A stretch of 34,771 nt of DNA from Octopus bimaculoides (lineage: Eukaryota): assembly GCF_001194135.2 (NCBI RefSeq), contig NC_069003.1, positions 25,727,661 through 25,762,431 on the forward strand, read 5' to 3'. Positions within the stretch are counted from its first letter, which is position 1. Each line of letters begins with the position of its first letter. This document shows, one piece after another, positions 1-14,470 of the stretch. The notes under the pieces were generated by a model that worked only from the letters and a program-made list of their open reading frames with translations, was not told where the DNA came from and made no database searches. Both the position numbers and the translations under genes were made by a program.

Positions 1-111
1 TATATATATATATATGTATGATATTATCTTATGCATCATGTACATACATATAAATGTATTGTTATATGTATGTATATCTATATCTATCTATCTATCGATA
101 CACACACGCAC

Positions 112-153
<42 letters not shown>

Positions 154-363
154 GCACACATAAATAGATATAGACTGACCCTCACTATTCAATGTATATA
201 TATACACACAACGCATATTCCCCTTAGGCTGTTTAGCTGTAAAACCCAAAAGAATGTTTTTAGTTTTAGAGACTTTGTTCTTGTAGTTAGTTTATAATAA
301 TAACAGGTCAGGTCAGGATGTACAGCCTAGCCTGTTTCCACCACACCATCCCCTTCATGGCTG

Positions 364-417
<54 letters not shown>

Positions 418-746
418 TGNNNNNNNNNNNNNNNNNNNNNNNNNNNNNNNNNNNNNNNNNNNNNNNNNNNNNNNNNNNNNNNNNNNNNNNNNNNNNNNNN
501 NNNNNNNNNNNNNNNNNNNNNNNNNNNNNNNNNNNNNNNNNNNNNNNNNNNNNNNNNNNNNNNNNNNNNNNNNNNNNNNNNNNNNNNNNNNTTCTGTTCT
601 TTTTTTTTTCATTCAATGTTATAAAGGATTTGGAAAAAAAAAAATGTAGTTGGTAGTTTTTTTTTAAAATACTTTTATTTCTATATCTTTGTGTATATAT
701 TTGGTCGCTTCTCTTTTATTTGCACACTCACACATAACATATACAC

Positions 747-790
<44 letters not shown>

Positions 791-859
791 GCCCACTTAA
801 AACTCTACTTCTATGTGGGAATTAGCCTTGTCCGCTATACAGAAAATGACGAGGTACGA

Positions 860-1270
860 ATTTTACACTGTGAACCCAATGTAAACTCTGGCTCAAATGG
901 GTTAACAAGTTAACATAAGGTGCAGTGGGGTCACATAGATGCAGATAACAGATCCATAGAAATTGTTAGCTGGATGAATAATAAGAAAAAAATATGAAGT
1001 AACTCAGTTGGACATATTGACAGGTTCTGTTACCTAAGTAACCTAATGAGCAATGAAGGCGGGTTTTCCGAAAGCTCAAGTGACTAAAGCAAGAACAGAA
1101 TGGATCAAATCCAGTCTTCTATTATCTTTTTGTGGCAACAAAGGACATCTGTATAAAGTAGATTGTATATTGTATATACACGAAGTATGGTATTGTATCG
1201 GTAGTGACGATGGACCATAATCGACAAGAAAATTCGCTGGGAAAGATCCGCTAAATCCATATCTGTTAAT
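860..1270 (+). mobile_element. Degenerate RTE-clade LINE fragment (post-RT region)
   Basis: Translates with frameshifts to HIDRFCYLSNLMSNEGGFSES..VTKARTEWIK, resembling the RTE 'VDxFCYLGDxISxxGGCSExVxARIRxGWxKF' region. Confidence 0.6.
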
Positions 1271-1796
1271 GATAGTGATACCATTTCATACACATATACA
1301 AATACCTGTTTATTGTTAAGACTCAATTCTTCAGTCATATCACGTTCCTCAACCGTCACAGCCACAACCACGCCATCCTGATATATCTACCTGCAATTTC
1401 TCTCCGCTTCCTATTCTGCTCCTCCATAGAACCTATTTTCGCCCGACCTTCCTGATAAATCATGTCCACCACAGTCCATCTGTTCATCTCCTCTTATAAG
1501 GAGGCACTTCATATTAGTTACTTTTCAAATAAAATAGACTATACAATCAGCACCAATATTTCAAAGTATGAAAACAAACCAAGAAATACTCTAGGGTAGA
1601 ATCCAGTGTGTAGTCCAAATGTCGGCACCTACATTGCTAGAGATTTCTTAAATAGGAAGTCCTCCCATTTTCCAAACGCGCATGCACGCAAACACACACA
1701 CACACNNNNNNNNNNNNNNNNNNNNNNNNNNNNNNNNNNNNNNNNNNNNNNNNNNNNNNNNNNNNNNNNNNNNNNNNNNNNNNNNNNNNNNNNNNN

Positions 1797-1844
<48 letters not shown>

Positions 1845-2889
1845 CACACACACACACGTTAGTCGGGGCTAACCAAGGGATACAACAATAACAGCAGCTG
1901 CAACAACAACGATAACGGAATTTGAACAAGTGGGATTAGATTACTGGAGATGAAGCGAGTTTAGGAAACTGCTGTTACTTTTGGTAACAAAAGTCATTTT
2001 GATAATAGCTGTGGGAAGAAGCCACGTAAATGAAGACATGTTTATGGAAAGAAACATTATTTTATGGTGAAATATGCACAGAAAATGCGGAGCTGAATAT
2101 AAGCAATGTGGATATTCAAAGATAATTTAAAATAAATACCGAGTTTGAAAAATTGACTGGATAGCAAAAGCATTGCCTGCTGTCAATGGACCTGTTATAT
2201 TAATGGAGATATGGAGTTGAACGTTGCTTGCTTAGCAAGAAAGGACTTGACTTGATGGTGGCCTAAGGTAACTGTGTGGAGTTTGATCAAGAAATGCTTA
2301 CAGTAGAAATACAAGTTCAATACAAGATTGTTTGACCTCGAAGATGGCGTGGAATATTAAGAAGCATTGAGCAATGGTGCTTTGGAAATTTCTCCAACCC
2401 ACACACACAGAAAGAATTGGAAACGATGAGGATAATTATATATACAATGTATAAATGAGTGGTGTGTATGTGTGGGTGTATAATATATAACATTTAAATG
2501 TAGAAAGGAAAGCGTACATTTATATAATCCAGTAAATCAAAATGAACGCTTTATTGTGTCATAAGTCAGAATTGTTTGCCGAGCGAATATGTAGATGATG
2601 GAAAATTGCCATAATGAAATGTGTTATAAAAGATGATAACGCCTCTCTATCTCTCTCTGTCTTTACTTATCCGTTTGTAAGCACGCACACGCACATACAC
2701 ACACATGCACTTACACACACACACAGACAGGCGCGTGCGCGCACATACAGGGGAATGTCTTTTGAAGCTGTCTTTGCCTGTAACGATATTTGCAATTTAT
2801 GCAAATTCTGACAATAAAATGATAAAAGCGCACATTTTCTCTTAGTCATCATGATAACCATGTATCATAAGTATGTATTGTATACATAC

Positions 2890-2939
<50 letters not shown>

Positions 2940-3502
2940 NNNNNNNNNNNNNNNNNNNNNNNNNNNNNNNNNNNNNNNNNNNNNNNNNNNNNNNNNNNNN
3001 NNNNNNNNNNNNNNNNNNNNNNNNNNNNNNNNNNNNNNNNNNNNNNNNNNNNNNNNNNNNNNNNNNNNNNNNNNNNNNNNNNNNNNNNNNNNNNNNNNNN
3101 NNNNNNNNNNNNNNNNNNNNNNNNNNNNNNNNNNNNNNNNNNNNNNNNNNNNNNNNNNNNNNNNNNNNNNNNNNNNNNNNNNNNNNNNNNNNNNNNNNNN
3201 NNNNNNNNNNNNNNNNNNNNNNNNNNNNNNNNNNNNNNNNNNNNNNNNNNNNNNNNNNNNNNNNNNNNNNNNNNNNNNNNNNNNNNNNNNNNNNNNNNNN
3301 NNNNNNNNNNNNNNNNNNNNNNNNNNNNNNNNNNNNNNNNNNNNNNNNNNNNNNNNNNNNNNNNNNNNNNNNNNNNNNNNNAAACGTACTCTTTCTTCAA
3401 AAACATATTTAATAAAAATTATATTTTTCATTTTTCATGTTTTTATTTATTTATTTATTTATTTATTCATATTTTTAGATTACAACGACATTTAAACATT
3501 TG

Positions 3503-3574
<72 letters not shown>
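3503..3574. repeat. (ACT)n microsatellite
   Basis: Direct reading. Confidence 0.98.
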
Positions 3575-4003
3575 GTCTTATCTGGTTAGATGCAAACCCT
3601 CTTCACCTAGTCACACTCCACCACCACCACCACCGTTACTTCTACTGCATCTTCCATCTCTCTGAGCTCACCTCCACTGCACTAAAAGTTTCGCCCTTTA
3701 TCTCGTTTCCCCTCAGAATCCCTCAGAAATTCTCCTCCTCCTCCTGTATATTCTGTATTGTTTTTGTGTGCAATATCCAATGTTTGTGTTCCGTTCTTAC
3801 GACATCAAGAGGTGATTTGAGAGACGTTTGGCAGCTGTTTCTTGGTTACGAGATCGTGCAATCGCGTGAATTTCTAGAGTAAGTCTGACGTCACAGATTT
3901 TGCAGTAAGGATATTAAGGGTATACTTGAGTATAGCTAGAAGGAATAATATACACACACACACCCACACCCACACACGCACGCACCACCACACACTACTT
4001 ATG

Positions 4004-4153
4004 GGTTAAGGCTACCATTGGTTTCATGTTACGAGAGAAATCCCTTAACAGTTATCAAGCTACGATGGAGACGAACACCGATGTTCTATGTCTTAGGCTT
4101 GCTAATTGTTTAGGGATTTCTCTCTTAACTTGAAACCAATGGTAGCCTTAACC
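4004..4153. mobile_element. 150-bp fold-back element (MITE-like) with ~51-bp arms
   Basis: ggttaaggctaccattggtttcatgttacgagagaaatcccttaaca pairs with tgtttagggatttctctcttaacttgaaaccaatggtagccttaacc; TTAA near both ends. Confidence 0.8.
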
Positions 4154-5584
4154 TATAAATAAAGTATATTTATATATATATATTTGTGTCTGTGATTGTG
4201 TGTGCGTGTCTGTGTGCGTACGAATGCATCTATGTATGTGTGTGTGTACAACGGTAACGAGTGGGTCATAGACTGCATCGAGAAGACAAAAATAAAGAAC
4301 TTAATACACAGAAGAATAGAGTAAATCAACTTTAGAATTGTTCCAAAGCTTGCCAGTATTTATTTACATCAATGACACCCCATCCCATTATATGGTACTT
4401 AAGTTTAGGCACCAGAATTAAGTATGGTATTATCCATACAATTCCAAAATAAGATGATTAAAATCAAAATAAGCAAACAAGGATATCCAAAGTTAATGCA
4501 GTACGATCGTTTCATGCGACTCCATTTATTTAAGCAATGTGAACATTATATCAAATGTAAAATGCAGAGAATGGGCTTCATTTTACATTTGATTTAATGT
4601 TCAAATTGCTTAAATNNNNNNNNNNNNNNNNNNNNNNNNNNNNNNNNNNNNNNNNNNNNNNNNNNNNNNNNNNNNNNNNNNNNNNNNNNNNNNNNNNNNN
4701 NNNNNNNNNNNNNNNNNNNNNNNNNNNNNNNNNNNNNNNNNNNNNNNNNNNNNNNNNNNNNNNNNNNNNNNNNNNNNNNNNNNNNNNNNNNNNNNNNNNN
4801 NNNNNNNNNNNNNNNNNNNNNNNNNNNNNNNNNNNNNNNNNNNNNNNNNNNNNNNNNNNNNNNNNNNNNNNNNNNNNNNNNNNNNNNNNNNNNNNNNNNN
4901 NNNNNNNNNNNNNNNNNNNNNNNNNNNNNNNNNNNNNNNNNNNNNNNNNNNNNNNNNNNNNNNNNNNNNNNNNNNNNNNNNNNNNNNNNNNNNNNNNNNN
5001 NNNNNNNNNNNNNNNNNNNNNNNNNNNNNNNNNNNNNNNNNNNNNNNNNNNNNNNNNNNNNNNNNNNNNNNNNNNNNNNNNNNNNNNNNNNNNNNNNNNN
5101 NNNNNNNNNNNNNNNNNNNNNNNNNNNNNNNNNNNNNNNNNNNNNNNNNNNNNNNNNNNNNNNNNNNNNNNNNNNNNNNNNNNNNNNNNNNNNNNNNNNN
5201 NNNNNNNNNNNNNNNNNNNNNNNNNNNNNNNNNNNNNNNNNNNNNNNNNNNNNNNNNNNNNNNNNNNNNNNNNNNNNNNNNNNNNNNNNNNNNNNNNNNN
5301 NNNNNNNNNNNNNNNNNNNNNNNNNNNNNNNNNNNNNNNNNNNNNNNNNNNNNNNNNNNNNNNNNNNNNNNNNNNNNNNNNNNNNNNNNNNNNNNNNNNN
5401 NNNNNNNNNNNNNNNNNNNNNNNNNNNNNNNNNNNNNNNNNNNNNNNNNNNNNNNNNNNNNNNNNNNNNNNNNNNNNNNNNNNNNNNNNNNNNNNNNNNN
5501 NNNNNNNNNNNNNNNNNNNNNNNNNNNNNNNNNNNNNNNNNNNNNNNNNNNNNNNNNNNNNNNNNNNNNNNNNNNNNNNNNNNN

Positions 5585-5646
<62 letters not shown>

Positions 5647-6669
5647 CAGAATTATTAGTGATGGGTTTATCATCTCTCTATTAGTACACTGGGCGGCTCA
5701 CAATATTGTTTAGATTAATAAACAACTCCGTGTATTCTTGTGGCAGGATCCGAGGTTATAGTTCATCACCACCATTCTATATTGTAAATCCATGGTTATA
5801 CTGGTTTTTACACAGAGTGATATACAAGACAAGGCATAAGTTATGGTCGTTACATATTTTTCTTTATTGTAATAAATTTGGCTTACAACTGCTTCCAGTA
5901 GTCATTATTGGTTCGTTATTGACAGGTTTACTCAATCGGTTCATTGATTGGTTGATTGGTTGATAAAAATTGATCGCCCTAAAAAGTTAATGCTACTTTC
6001 GTCAGACTAGTAACGCTACTCTTCCAAACCATCACTCCTCTTCCCCTTTCCTCTCTATCTCTCTTCCACTTTACTTCCTACTTCCACTTATTGCCTCTCT
6101 TCGCTCCCCTTCACATGCTTGTGCCATTCTTTCAGTGTTCTGCCTGGTTTTAACCAGAAATGACTTTGCAATAAAGAAAAATATGTAATGATCATTATTT
6201 ATGCCTTGTCTTATATATATATATATANNNNNNNNNNNNNNNNNNNNNNNNNNNNNNNNNNNNNNNNNNNNNNNNNNNNNNNNNNNNNNNNNNNNNNNNN
6301 NNNNNNNNNNNNNNNNNNNNNNNNNNNNNNNNNNNNNNNNNNNNNNNNNNNNNNNNNNNNNNNNNNNNNNNNNNNNNNNNNNNNNNNNNNNNNNNNNNNN
6401 NNNNNNNNNNNNNNNNNNNNNNNNNNNNNNNNNNNNNNNNNNNNNNNNNNNNNNNNNNNNNNNNNNNNNNNNNNNNNNNNNNNNNNNNNNNNNNNNNNNN
6501 NNNNNNNNNNNNNNNNNNNNNNNNNNNNNNNNNNNNNNNNNNNNNNNNNNNNNNNNNNNNNNNNNNNNNNNNNNNNNNNNNNNNNNNNNNNNNNNNNNNN
6601 NNNNNNNNNNNNNNNNNNNNNNNNNNNNNNNNNNNNNNNNNNNNNNNNNNNNNNNNNNNNNNNNNNNNN

Positions 6670-6700
<31 letters not shown>

Positions 6701-7443
6701 GAGTATATGCATATATATGTACATGTATGTACATACCTTCATCTACATGTATATATAGATGCATATCTGGGTACATGACGTTGCAAAAAAGAACATGGAC
6801 AAAATGATAAACAGGGTACAGAAAACACACAGGCCTCATAGAGAACATTTCGTTCATCAGCTGCCACCATTATAACACTGGCGTTTCGATGAGTTAGGGC
6901 AGGACGCATCGTTAAAATGGCTATATATATATATATATATATACGGCTTCATCGTTTTGCCTACATTGATTGAACGAGTCTTCTCCGCTACACCACTTGC
7001 GACTCCATTTCAACCTTCACCCTTTCTGTTCATGCCTATCCCGATGATCCACTTTTGCAGATTCCTTCCATTTGTATTGCTTACCCGTAAAGACCAGACA
7101 CACATATTCAAACACACTGCCCCAGTCAGTGGTATCGACTGTAGTCACACATCAAACAGGAACGTAGCATAAAGAAACTCTATGGTTTTCGAAAAAATAG
7201 AGGTGTCTCCCTTTTTTTTCTGGATAAATTCGTCACCCCCAGGAGGCGCTTTTTAAATAAACCTCCTCGTGTATTCTCTTTTTCTTTGAGTTAGTTCAAA
7301 TCGAATCGTCCCCTTTAGCACACAACCTTCGTAATAGATGCATGGTTGCTGTTGTTGTTGTTGTTGTTGTTGCAGATGTTGTTGTTGTGGTTGATGTAGT
7401 TATTGTTGTTCGTATTGATTTCCCATTGAACATTTCCAACTGC

Positions 7444-7493
<50 letters not shown>

Positions 7494-7762
7494 CGCGTAT
7501 TTTGCAGTGTACAACTCTATTGTGTCTGTGTATCTTTCTTACAGTGGACAACAGTAAGTATTTAATCTCTAATATTTTTTTAATGTTTTTCACNNNNNNN
7601 NNNNNNNNNNNNNNNNNNNNNNNNNNNNNNNNNNNNNNNNNNNNNNNNNNNNNNNNNNNNNNNNNNNNNNNNNNNNNNNNNNNNNNNNNNNNNNNNNNNN
7701 NNNNNNNNNNNNNNNNNNNNNNNNNNNNNNNNNNNNNNNNNNNNNNNNNNNNNNCTATTAGT

Positions 7763-8124
7763 GGAGCCGCAATGGCCCAGTGGTTAGGGCAGCGGACTCG
7801 CGGTCATAGGATCGCGGTTTCGATTCCCAGACCGGGCGTTGTGAGTGTTTATTGAGCGAAAACACCAAAAACTCCACGAGGCTTCGGCAGGGGATGGTGG
7901 CGAACCCTGCTGTACTCTTTCACCACAACTTTCTTTCACTCTTACTTCCTGTTTCTGTTGTGCCTGTAATTCAAAGTGTCAGCCTTGTCACACTCTCTGT
8001 CACGCTGAATATCCCCGAGAACTACGTTAAGGGTACACGTGTCTGTGGAGTGCTCAGCCACTTGCACGTTAATTTCACGAGCAGGCTGTTCCGTTGATCG
8101 GATCAACAGGAACCCTCGACGTCG
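7763..8124 (+). mobile_element. tRNA(Arg)-derived SINE, family A1 (octopus OR-type)
   Basis: A box TGGCCCAGTGG, TCG anticodon-like loop, B box GTTTCGATTCC; nearly identical to 27158-27542. Confidence 0.9.
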
Positions 8125-8399
8125 CATAAACTATTAGAAACGTCTAAAGACAAATGTTACTTCTGCTTCAGGAACAGGCTGGACCTTCTGTCACTCTAGA
8201 AACACTTTCTTAGAAAAAATGGAACAAAACGTTATTTCCACTGTGTATGTGTGTATGTGCATGTGTACGTGTATGTGTGTGTCAGTCGATCTTAGTGTCA
8301 AAACAAGGAAACTATATCTCGGAGGCTGAATCTGAACTTAAAACTCCGAGTCGAATATACAGCGCAAGGTATCCTGTCTGACGCACCAACAATTCTAAA

Positions 8400-8551
8400 C
8401 TATTCATTGCAATGGACTGATATTTAGTGAACCTGAAAGAATGAAAAGCAAATTTAACCTCAGCGGGATTTGAAATCAGAATGCAGAGAGTCGGAACAAA
8501 TACCGCTAGATATTTTACCTGACTATCTAGCAGCTCTGTCAACTGACCGCC
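8400..8551 (-). mobile_element. Diverged SINE family B copy (5' part)
   Basis: Minus strand aggcggtcagttgacagag...gatttcaaatcccgctgagg. Confidence 0.65.
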
Positions 8552-8647
8552 TCAAATGGAACAGAATAATTCTGTTAGTCTAGAGGATAATCTATCAATT
8601 GGTAAACACTACTTTCTTCATGGGCTCGTCTGAGAGACATTCGCTTG

Positions 8648-8797
<150 letters not shown>

Positions 8798-9654
8798 TCA
8801 TCATCATCATCACCTTAGTCTGCTGGCTATGGACAGCTGACACTTTCCATCATACCCAGCAAAATAATACTATAATAACAATGATAATAAAAATAATAAA
8901 AATAACAGTTAAGTATACAATATATAAGCATGGAACTTAAAAATGAAAGCAGCTGCTCAACTGACAAATCTTGACATTAAAATGCCATAAAGTTACTTTG
9001 AATATGAAGCTTCTCTGGTAAACTAAGTTTACATCATAAAAGAATTTAATTTACAATGCAATAATTTACACCACCGACCAATGGACACACCCACTCATAC
9101 ACATATATACATACACTCATACATGTATGTGTATATGTATGAATGTATATATATTTACACACACACACACACATAAACGCACACACACATAAGCGCACAC
9201 ACACATAAAAGCACACACACATAAACGCACACACACATAAACGCACACACGACACACATATATAGAGGGATGGTTATAGCTAGAATGACTTTGAACAGGT
9301 CCACCTGGGGCTAAGTACAGCACCAGCAACAACACCATAAAACAACACCATTACCATTGCTATAAGCACTTCACCACAGCCTACTGCAGTACACTGCACC
9401 TCACTGCGTCACACTGTGGCACAGTGCGTCACACAATTGACAGCCACACCGTACAAATTATTACACTCGGGAGTCGCACTAGCTAGAAATAGTAGTCATA
9501 TTTTCTCAGTAATGGTCCTTCAGTCTTTATACAGGATGTACACATTGCAGGACAATATAGTGATCGATATACAAGAAAACGCAAAGATGGTCATGCTTGG
9601 CACGTCTTTGATTAGAAGCTTACTCCATCAGATCCGACTGGTGTGAATAAACAG

Positions 9655-9740
9655 CAACTACATCATCATCATCATCGTCATCATCATCATCGTCATCATC
9701 ATCATCGTCATCATCATCATCGTCATCATCATCATCGTTG
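9655..9740. repeat. (CAT)n microsatellite with periodic CGT variants
   Basis: Direct reading. Confidence 0.95.
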
Positions 9741-9890
9741 ATAATGTCCTTGTTGTCATCACCAACAACAATGACAACGCTAGCAACAACAACAACAACA
9801 ATGATGACGTATGAACATGATTGAAACATCCTTTGATCATCATAAGTCAACTGGAGCCAGCATGACAGCCACAGCATCTGTAATCTAGTT

Positions 9891-10169
9891 CAGGGGTTTT
9901 CAAACTGTGGTCCGCAAGGACAAGACAGTGGGTCCGTAAACAGCAAATACTTTTTATGGGCAATTTGATTTTATATATGCTTTTTAATCGAAATCTTTTA
10001 ATTGACAATAAACCTATTTGTTAAATACTGTTAAATAAATAAATGCAAAAATATATGTTATTTTAAGCAAATATTTATGTATAAATTTCATAAGCGTTTA
10101 TAAGGGGGTCCCTAAAGTAAAGCCTGAAATATAAAGGGGTCCGCAAGTCAAAAAGTTTGAAAACTAGAT
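9891..10169. mobile_element. hAT/Charlie-like MITE
   Basis: Starts CAGGGGTTTTCAAACT and ends AGTTTGAAAAC..; flanks atctagtt / ttctagtt resemble an 8-bp TSD. Confidence 0.7.
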
Positions 10170-10740
10170 TCTAGTTGATCAAGTCACACTAAACCAAATT
10201 CCAACGCACTACCACCACCGCCGCCACCACCACTATCAGATTCATTGTTCCTTATATTATTCTCTCTCTCTCTCTCTCTTTCTCAGTTTCAAGCATTTGA
10301 TGAATACACCATCCTTATGGTGGGGGCCGTACACCTCTTCTCCTCTCTGTCTCTCTACCAACTCTGGCCTGATATTTAATGTCCTTCCGGTTGGAATCAA
10401 CACCTCCTCTCCTGGCTTGGCAGCTAACGGCTCTTGAGGCGCGAACACACACACTCACATGCACACACACACACATATACATACACATTCATCCATCCAT
10501 TCGTCCATCAATATATACATACATGCATACACACATATACATGCGTATATACATACAAATGAAATTCACTCCCTGCTAAGCCTTTAGTACTTTTAAGGGT
10601 CCGCTATCCACTAATATCTGTAAATTACTTGAGCTGCAATTAGTTTCACTAATCCATTAATTATACATGGGGAGGGTTTGATCAATTCTATTATCCTGGG
10701 GAGATGAGGAATGTAATGTTTGGGGGTCCTTACCCTGCAT

Positions 10741-11165
<425 letters not shown>

Positions 11166-11412
11166 TACGTATCGGATAATTGTTTCGGATAATGTCAATT
11201 AAATATTCTTTTATCATTCAGATGGATTAAGTTCTCAAGAATGTTGTCTTATTTATTTACTCTGGAGGACAGTGCAGCGGCAGAGTTAGTTGAGTGTTGG
11301 ACAAACATTTATTGTCTTATTTAGTTACGTTTGTAGAGATTCTCATTTCAAATCTTACTGGCGTCAACTTTATCCTTTCTTATTTTCGATTTATTGAAAT
11401 ATATATATACTC

Positions 11413-11807
11413 TTTTACTTGTTTCAGTCATTTGACTGCGGCCATGCTGGAGCACCACCTTTAGTCGAGCAAATCGACCCCAGGACTTATTCTTTGGATG
11501 CCTAGTACTTATTCTATCGGTCTCTTTGTGCCGAACCGCTAAGTTACGGGGACATAAACACACCACCATGGGTTGTCAAGCGATGTTGGGGGACAAACAC
11601 AGACACACAAACATATACACACACATACATATATATATACATATATACGACGGGCTTCTTTCAGTTTCCATCTACCAAATCTACTCACAAGGCTTTGGTC
11701 GGCCCGAGGTTATAGTAGAAGACACTTGCCCAAGGTGCCACGCAGTGGGAATGAACTCGGAACCATGTGGTTGGTAGGCAAGCTACTTTCCGCACAGCCA
11801 CTCCTGC
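11413..11807 (-). mobile_element. tRNA-derived SINE, family C (CORE-like gcaccttgggcaagtgtctt), full length
   Basis: Minus-strand head gcaggagtggctgtg, B-box-like GAGTTCATTCC, internal (CA)/(TA) microsatellite, 3' end gactgaaacaagtaaaa. Confidence 0.88.
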
Positions 11808-11954
11808 ATAAAAAAAAAACTGTCAGGTGCAGGAGTTAATTTAACTCAACATAATTTTTCGTAAAATCTGTGAGTTTTGGGCCGATTTAGAAGTAATTTC
11901 TTAATCAAATAAAGGGTTTGGTACTTGACCAAAGGAAACAATTGAATGAAAGAG

Positions 11955-12043
11955 GGTGGTGGATGACGGAGTGAATCAAATGAGTGATGGAAGGTGGTGG
12001 ATGACGGAGTGAATCAAATGAGTGATGGAAGGTGGTGGATGAC
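11955..12043. repeat. 38-bp tandem repeat, 2.3 copies
   Basis: ggtggtggatgacggagtgaatcaaatgagtgatggaa starts at 11955, 11993 and 12031. Confidence 0.95.
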
Positions 12044-12104
12044 TAATGAAATCTGTTGAATGATGGTGAGTGGTGAATGTCAGAGAGTATTATTTGTGTG
12101 ACGG

Positions 12105-12320
12105 AAGGCGGTAAGATGGCAGAATCGTTAACAAGCTGGGCAAAATGCTTAGCAGCATTTCGTCTGTCTTTATGTTCTGAGTTCAAATCCTGTCAGTTTC
12201 GGCATTGCTTTTTTATCCTTTCGAGATAGATAAAATAAGTACCAGTTGAATACCGGAGTCAATGTAATCAACTTATACCCTTACCCGAAATTGCTGGCCT
12301 TGTGCCAAAATTTGAAATCA
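12105..12320 (+). mobile_element. SINE family B copy
   Basis: Colinear with the reverse complement of 13214-13434. Confidence 0.85.
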
Positions 12321-12630
12321 ATATAATTTGTGTCGTTATTTATCTCAGATGAAAGCGTTTTGGGGGGGAAACATTGGGAAATAGTTTTACTATGAAATGA
12401 AACATGAAAAATAGGTTTAAAGTCTGAAATTTTACGTTCAACAGGAATCAGACTTTATAATTGTTTTGTCAAGAAGAGAAAAGAACTGATAGTGTGCATG
12501 TATATATTTATACACGACAAGAATAATCAATGTAATAAGAGAATATGCATATATACATAGCAATGTATAATTGCATGGACACACACACACACACACATAT
12601 ATACACATACATAAAAAAACATATACATAC

Positions 12631-12663
<33 letters not shown>

Positions 12664-12829
12664 NNNNNNNNNNNNNNNNNNNNNNNNNNNNNNNNNNNNN
12701 NNNNNNNNNNNNNNNNNNNNNNNNNNNNNNNNNNNNNNNNNNNNNNNNNNNNNNNNNNNNNNNNNNNNNNNNNNNNNNNNNNNNNNTATGGGAAGAAATG
12801 AGGGTTTGATCACGCATCAGAACGTTTGA

Positions 12830-13210
12830 AGTGGGATCAAGGGTGGGTCTGTATTCAGAGTGTCTGGGACGGTAAAAAACTTGACCCTCAATCCGAACTT
12901 TAGGGAAGGGATCAGGTTGACATCATGTTTAAAGGTTATCATATTTTGAGGGAGGAATTAAAAATGAAATTCAAAGGTGGGATAAGTGTTGGTCACTTTA
13001 GCTATTGGGGGCAGCATGACAATTATTTTGGGAACACTAAACAAAGCAAATGAACTTTGGGATATCGATGAGGGGAAATCTTAGAGAAAGGATCGGGAGT
13101 TAGTTCTTGATTTGAATTGTCTGGGAAAGCAAAAAGGAGTCGAGTTAAGGATGGAATTATAGATGATCCAGTCTGTGATCTATTTGTGAGGGAGGACATA
13201 TCTATATATG
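12830..13210 (-). mobile_element. Possible highly decayed Penelope-type RT remnant
   Basis: Weak resemblance: NTYPTFEFHF*FLPQNMITFKHDVNL..FYRPRHSEY versus the N.hP.i.FT.E....i.FLD...vYrKpTh pattern. Confidence 0.3.
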
Positions 13211-13213
13211 GAG

Positions 13214-13434
13214 TAATGATCCTTTCTACTGGAGGCACAAGGCCTCAAATTTGTAGGGAGGGGACTAGTCGATTACATTGACCCTAGTGTTTCACTCGTA
13301 CTTAATTTATCGACTCCGAAAGGACGAAAGGCGAAGTGGACCTCGGCGGAATTTGAACTCAGAACGTAGCGGCAGACGAAATACCGCTAAGAATTTCACC
13401 CGGCGTGCTAACGATTCTGCTAGCTCGCTGCCTT
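13214..13434 (-). mobile_element. tRNA-derived SINE, family B (core catcctttcggggtcgataaaataagtacc)
   Basis: Head aaggcggcgagctagcagaatcg, B box GAGTTCAAATTCC and the conserved core; several copies in the window. Confidence 0.88.
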
Positions 13435-13814
13435 GACGGGCAGAGATATTAACATTAGATTTGGCACATCTGGTTTGAAAATAATGGTAACTAGAGAACT
13501 AGTAATGCAATTGTAATACTTTAGTGTATACCAATGCATTTCTAGTATATATTTTATTGGCGACAAAAGAACAAAAGCAAAGTCTATAGCAGCAAAATTT
13601 AAGCTTAAGTTATTGAAAAATGATAGTTTAAGTTATTACTCTACCTTCTGAACATTTCTGATACCCCAGTCAATGAATAATATTGGTTTCAAATTTTGGC
13701 ACAAGGCCAAGAACTTCGAAGAAAATATTTACTTAAGAATTGTGTGTTGTCAGGGAGGCAAAGATGATGGCAGAATTGGATTGTAGTAATTGTTGTTATC
13801 ATATAGATCGTGAA

Positions 13815-14134
13815 GGCGCGTGGCTTAGTGGTTAGGGTATTCGTCTCACGATCGTAAGATAATGAGTTCGATTCTCGATGGTGCGTTGTGCTCTCTTGAG
13901 CAAAACGCTTTATTTCATTTTGCTTCAATTTACCCAGCTAGCAAAAATGAGTTGTGCCTGTATTTTAAAGGAGACAGCCTTGTCACATTGTGTCTCATTG
14001 AATTTCCCCGAGAACTACGCTAACGGTACACGTGTCTATGGAGTGCTCAGCCACTTGCGCGTTAATTTCACGAGCTGGCTGTTCCGTTGATTGGAGTAAG
14101 TGGAACCCTCGTCGTCGTAACCGACGGAGTACCA
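13815..14134 (+). mobile_element. tRNA-derived SINE, family A2 (shares its 3' half with A1)
   Basis: A box TGGCTTAGTGG, B box GAGTTCGATTC; 3' part gccttgtcaca...gacggagt shared with A1. Confidence 0.88.
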
Positions 14135-14326
14135 GCTATTATTTAGATACATATCAGCTCTGATCGAATAAATCTAGGATCGAAGGCGCTCCAGCAATGA
14201 CTATCATGTTTCTTTTGTTTATTCAGGGCTACATTGTTCAATGCGGCCTTCCTTTTTAAGATGATAGGATGTAAATTGAGGAAAATTTAGGTGTTATTTC
14301 TAGCAAGTGAAGTAACCGTGTAGAGC

Positions 14327-14470
14327 AGTCAAAGGACCCAGCGGCCCGCAGGGTTGTCTGGATGGCAAGCCTGAATAAAAAATTATCTCGAATTTCTTTT
14401 ACTAGTGCGGCCCGCAAGATGATAAATCATGTCTCATGTGGCCTATTTCATGAGAAAGGTTGCTAATGCC
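14327..14470. mobile_element. Decayed hAT-like MITE inserted in an older repeat
   Basis: gcggcccgc motifs, end aaaggttgctaatgcctg; imperfect 8-bp flanks gtgtagag / gcctagag. Confidence 0.45.

Noticed and set aside
1306-1371. Minus-strand segment ending in CAG|GTATTT (possible exon)
   Set aside because: In-frame TAG immediately upstream and no pyrimidine tract.
6840-6900. CTGATGA-AC-GAAA on the minus strand (hammerhead-like core)
   Set aside because: No stem II and no cleavage-site helix; probably a chance match or a decayed Penelope end.
7763-7835. tRNA-like sequences (also 27160 and 29262-29323)
   Set aside because: SINE heads lacking a complete cloverleaf and acceptor stem; not functional tRNA genes.
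11955-12043. 38-bp direct repeats as a CRISPR-like array
   Set aside because: The units are contiguous with no spacers, and the context is eukaryotic.
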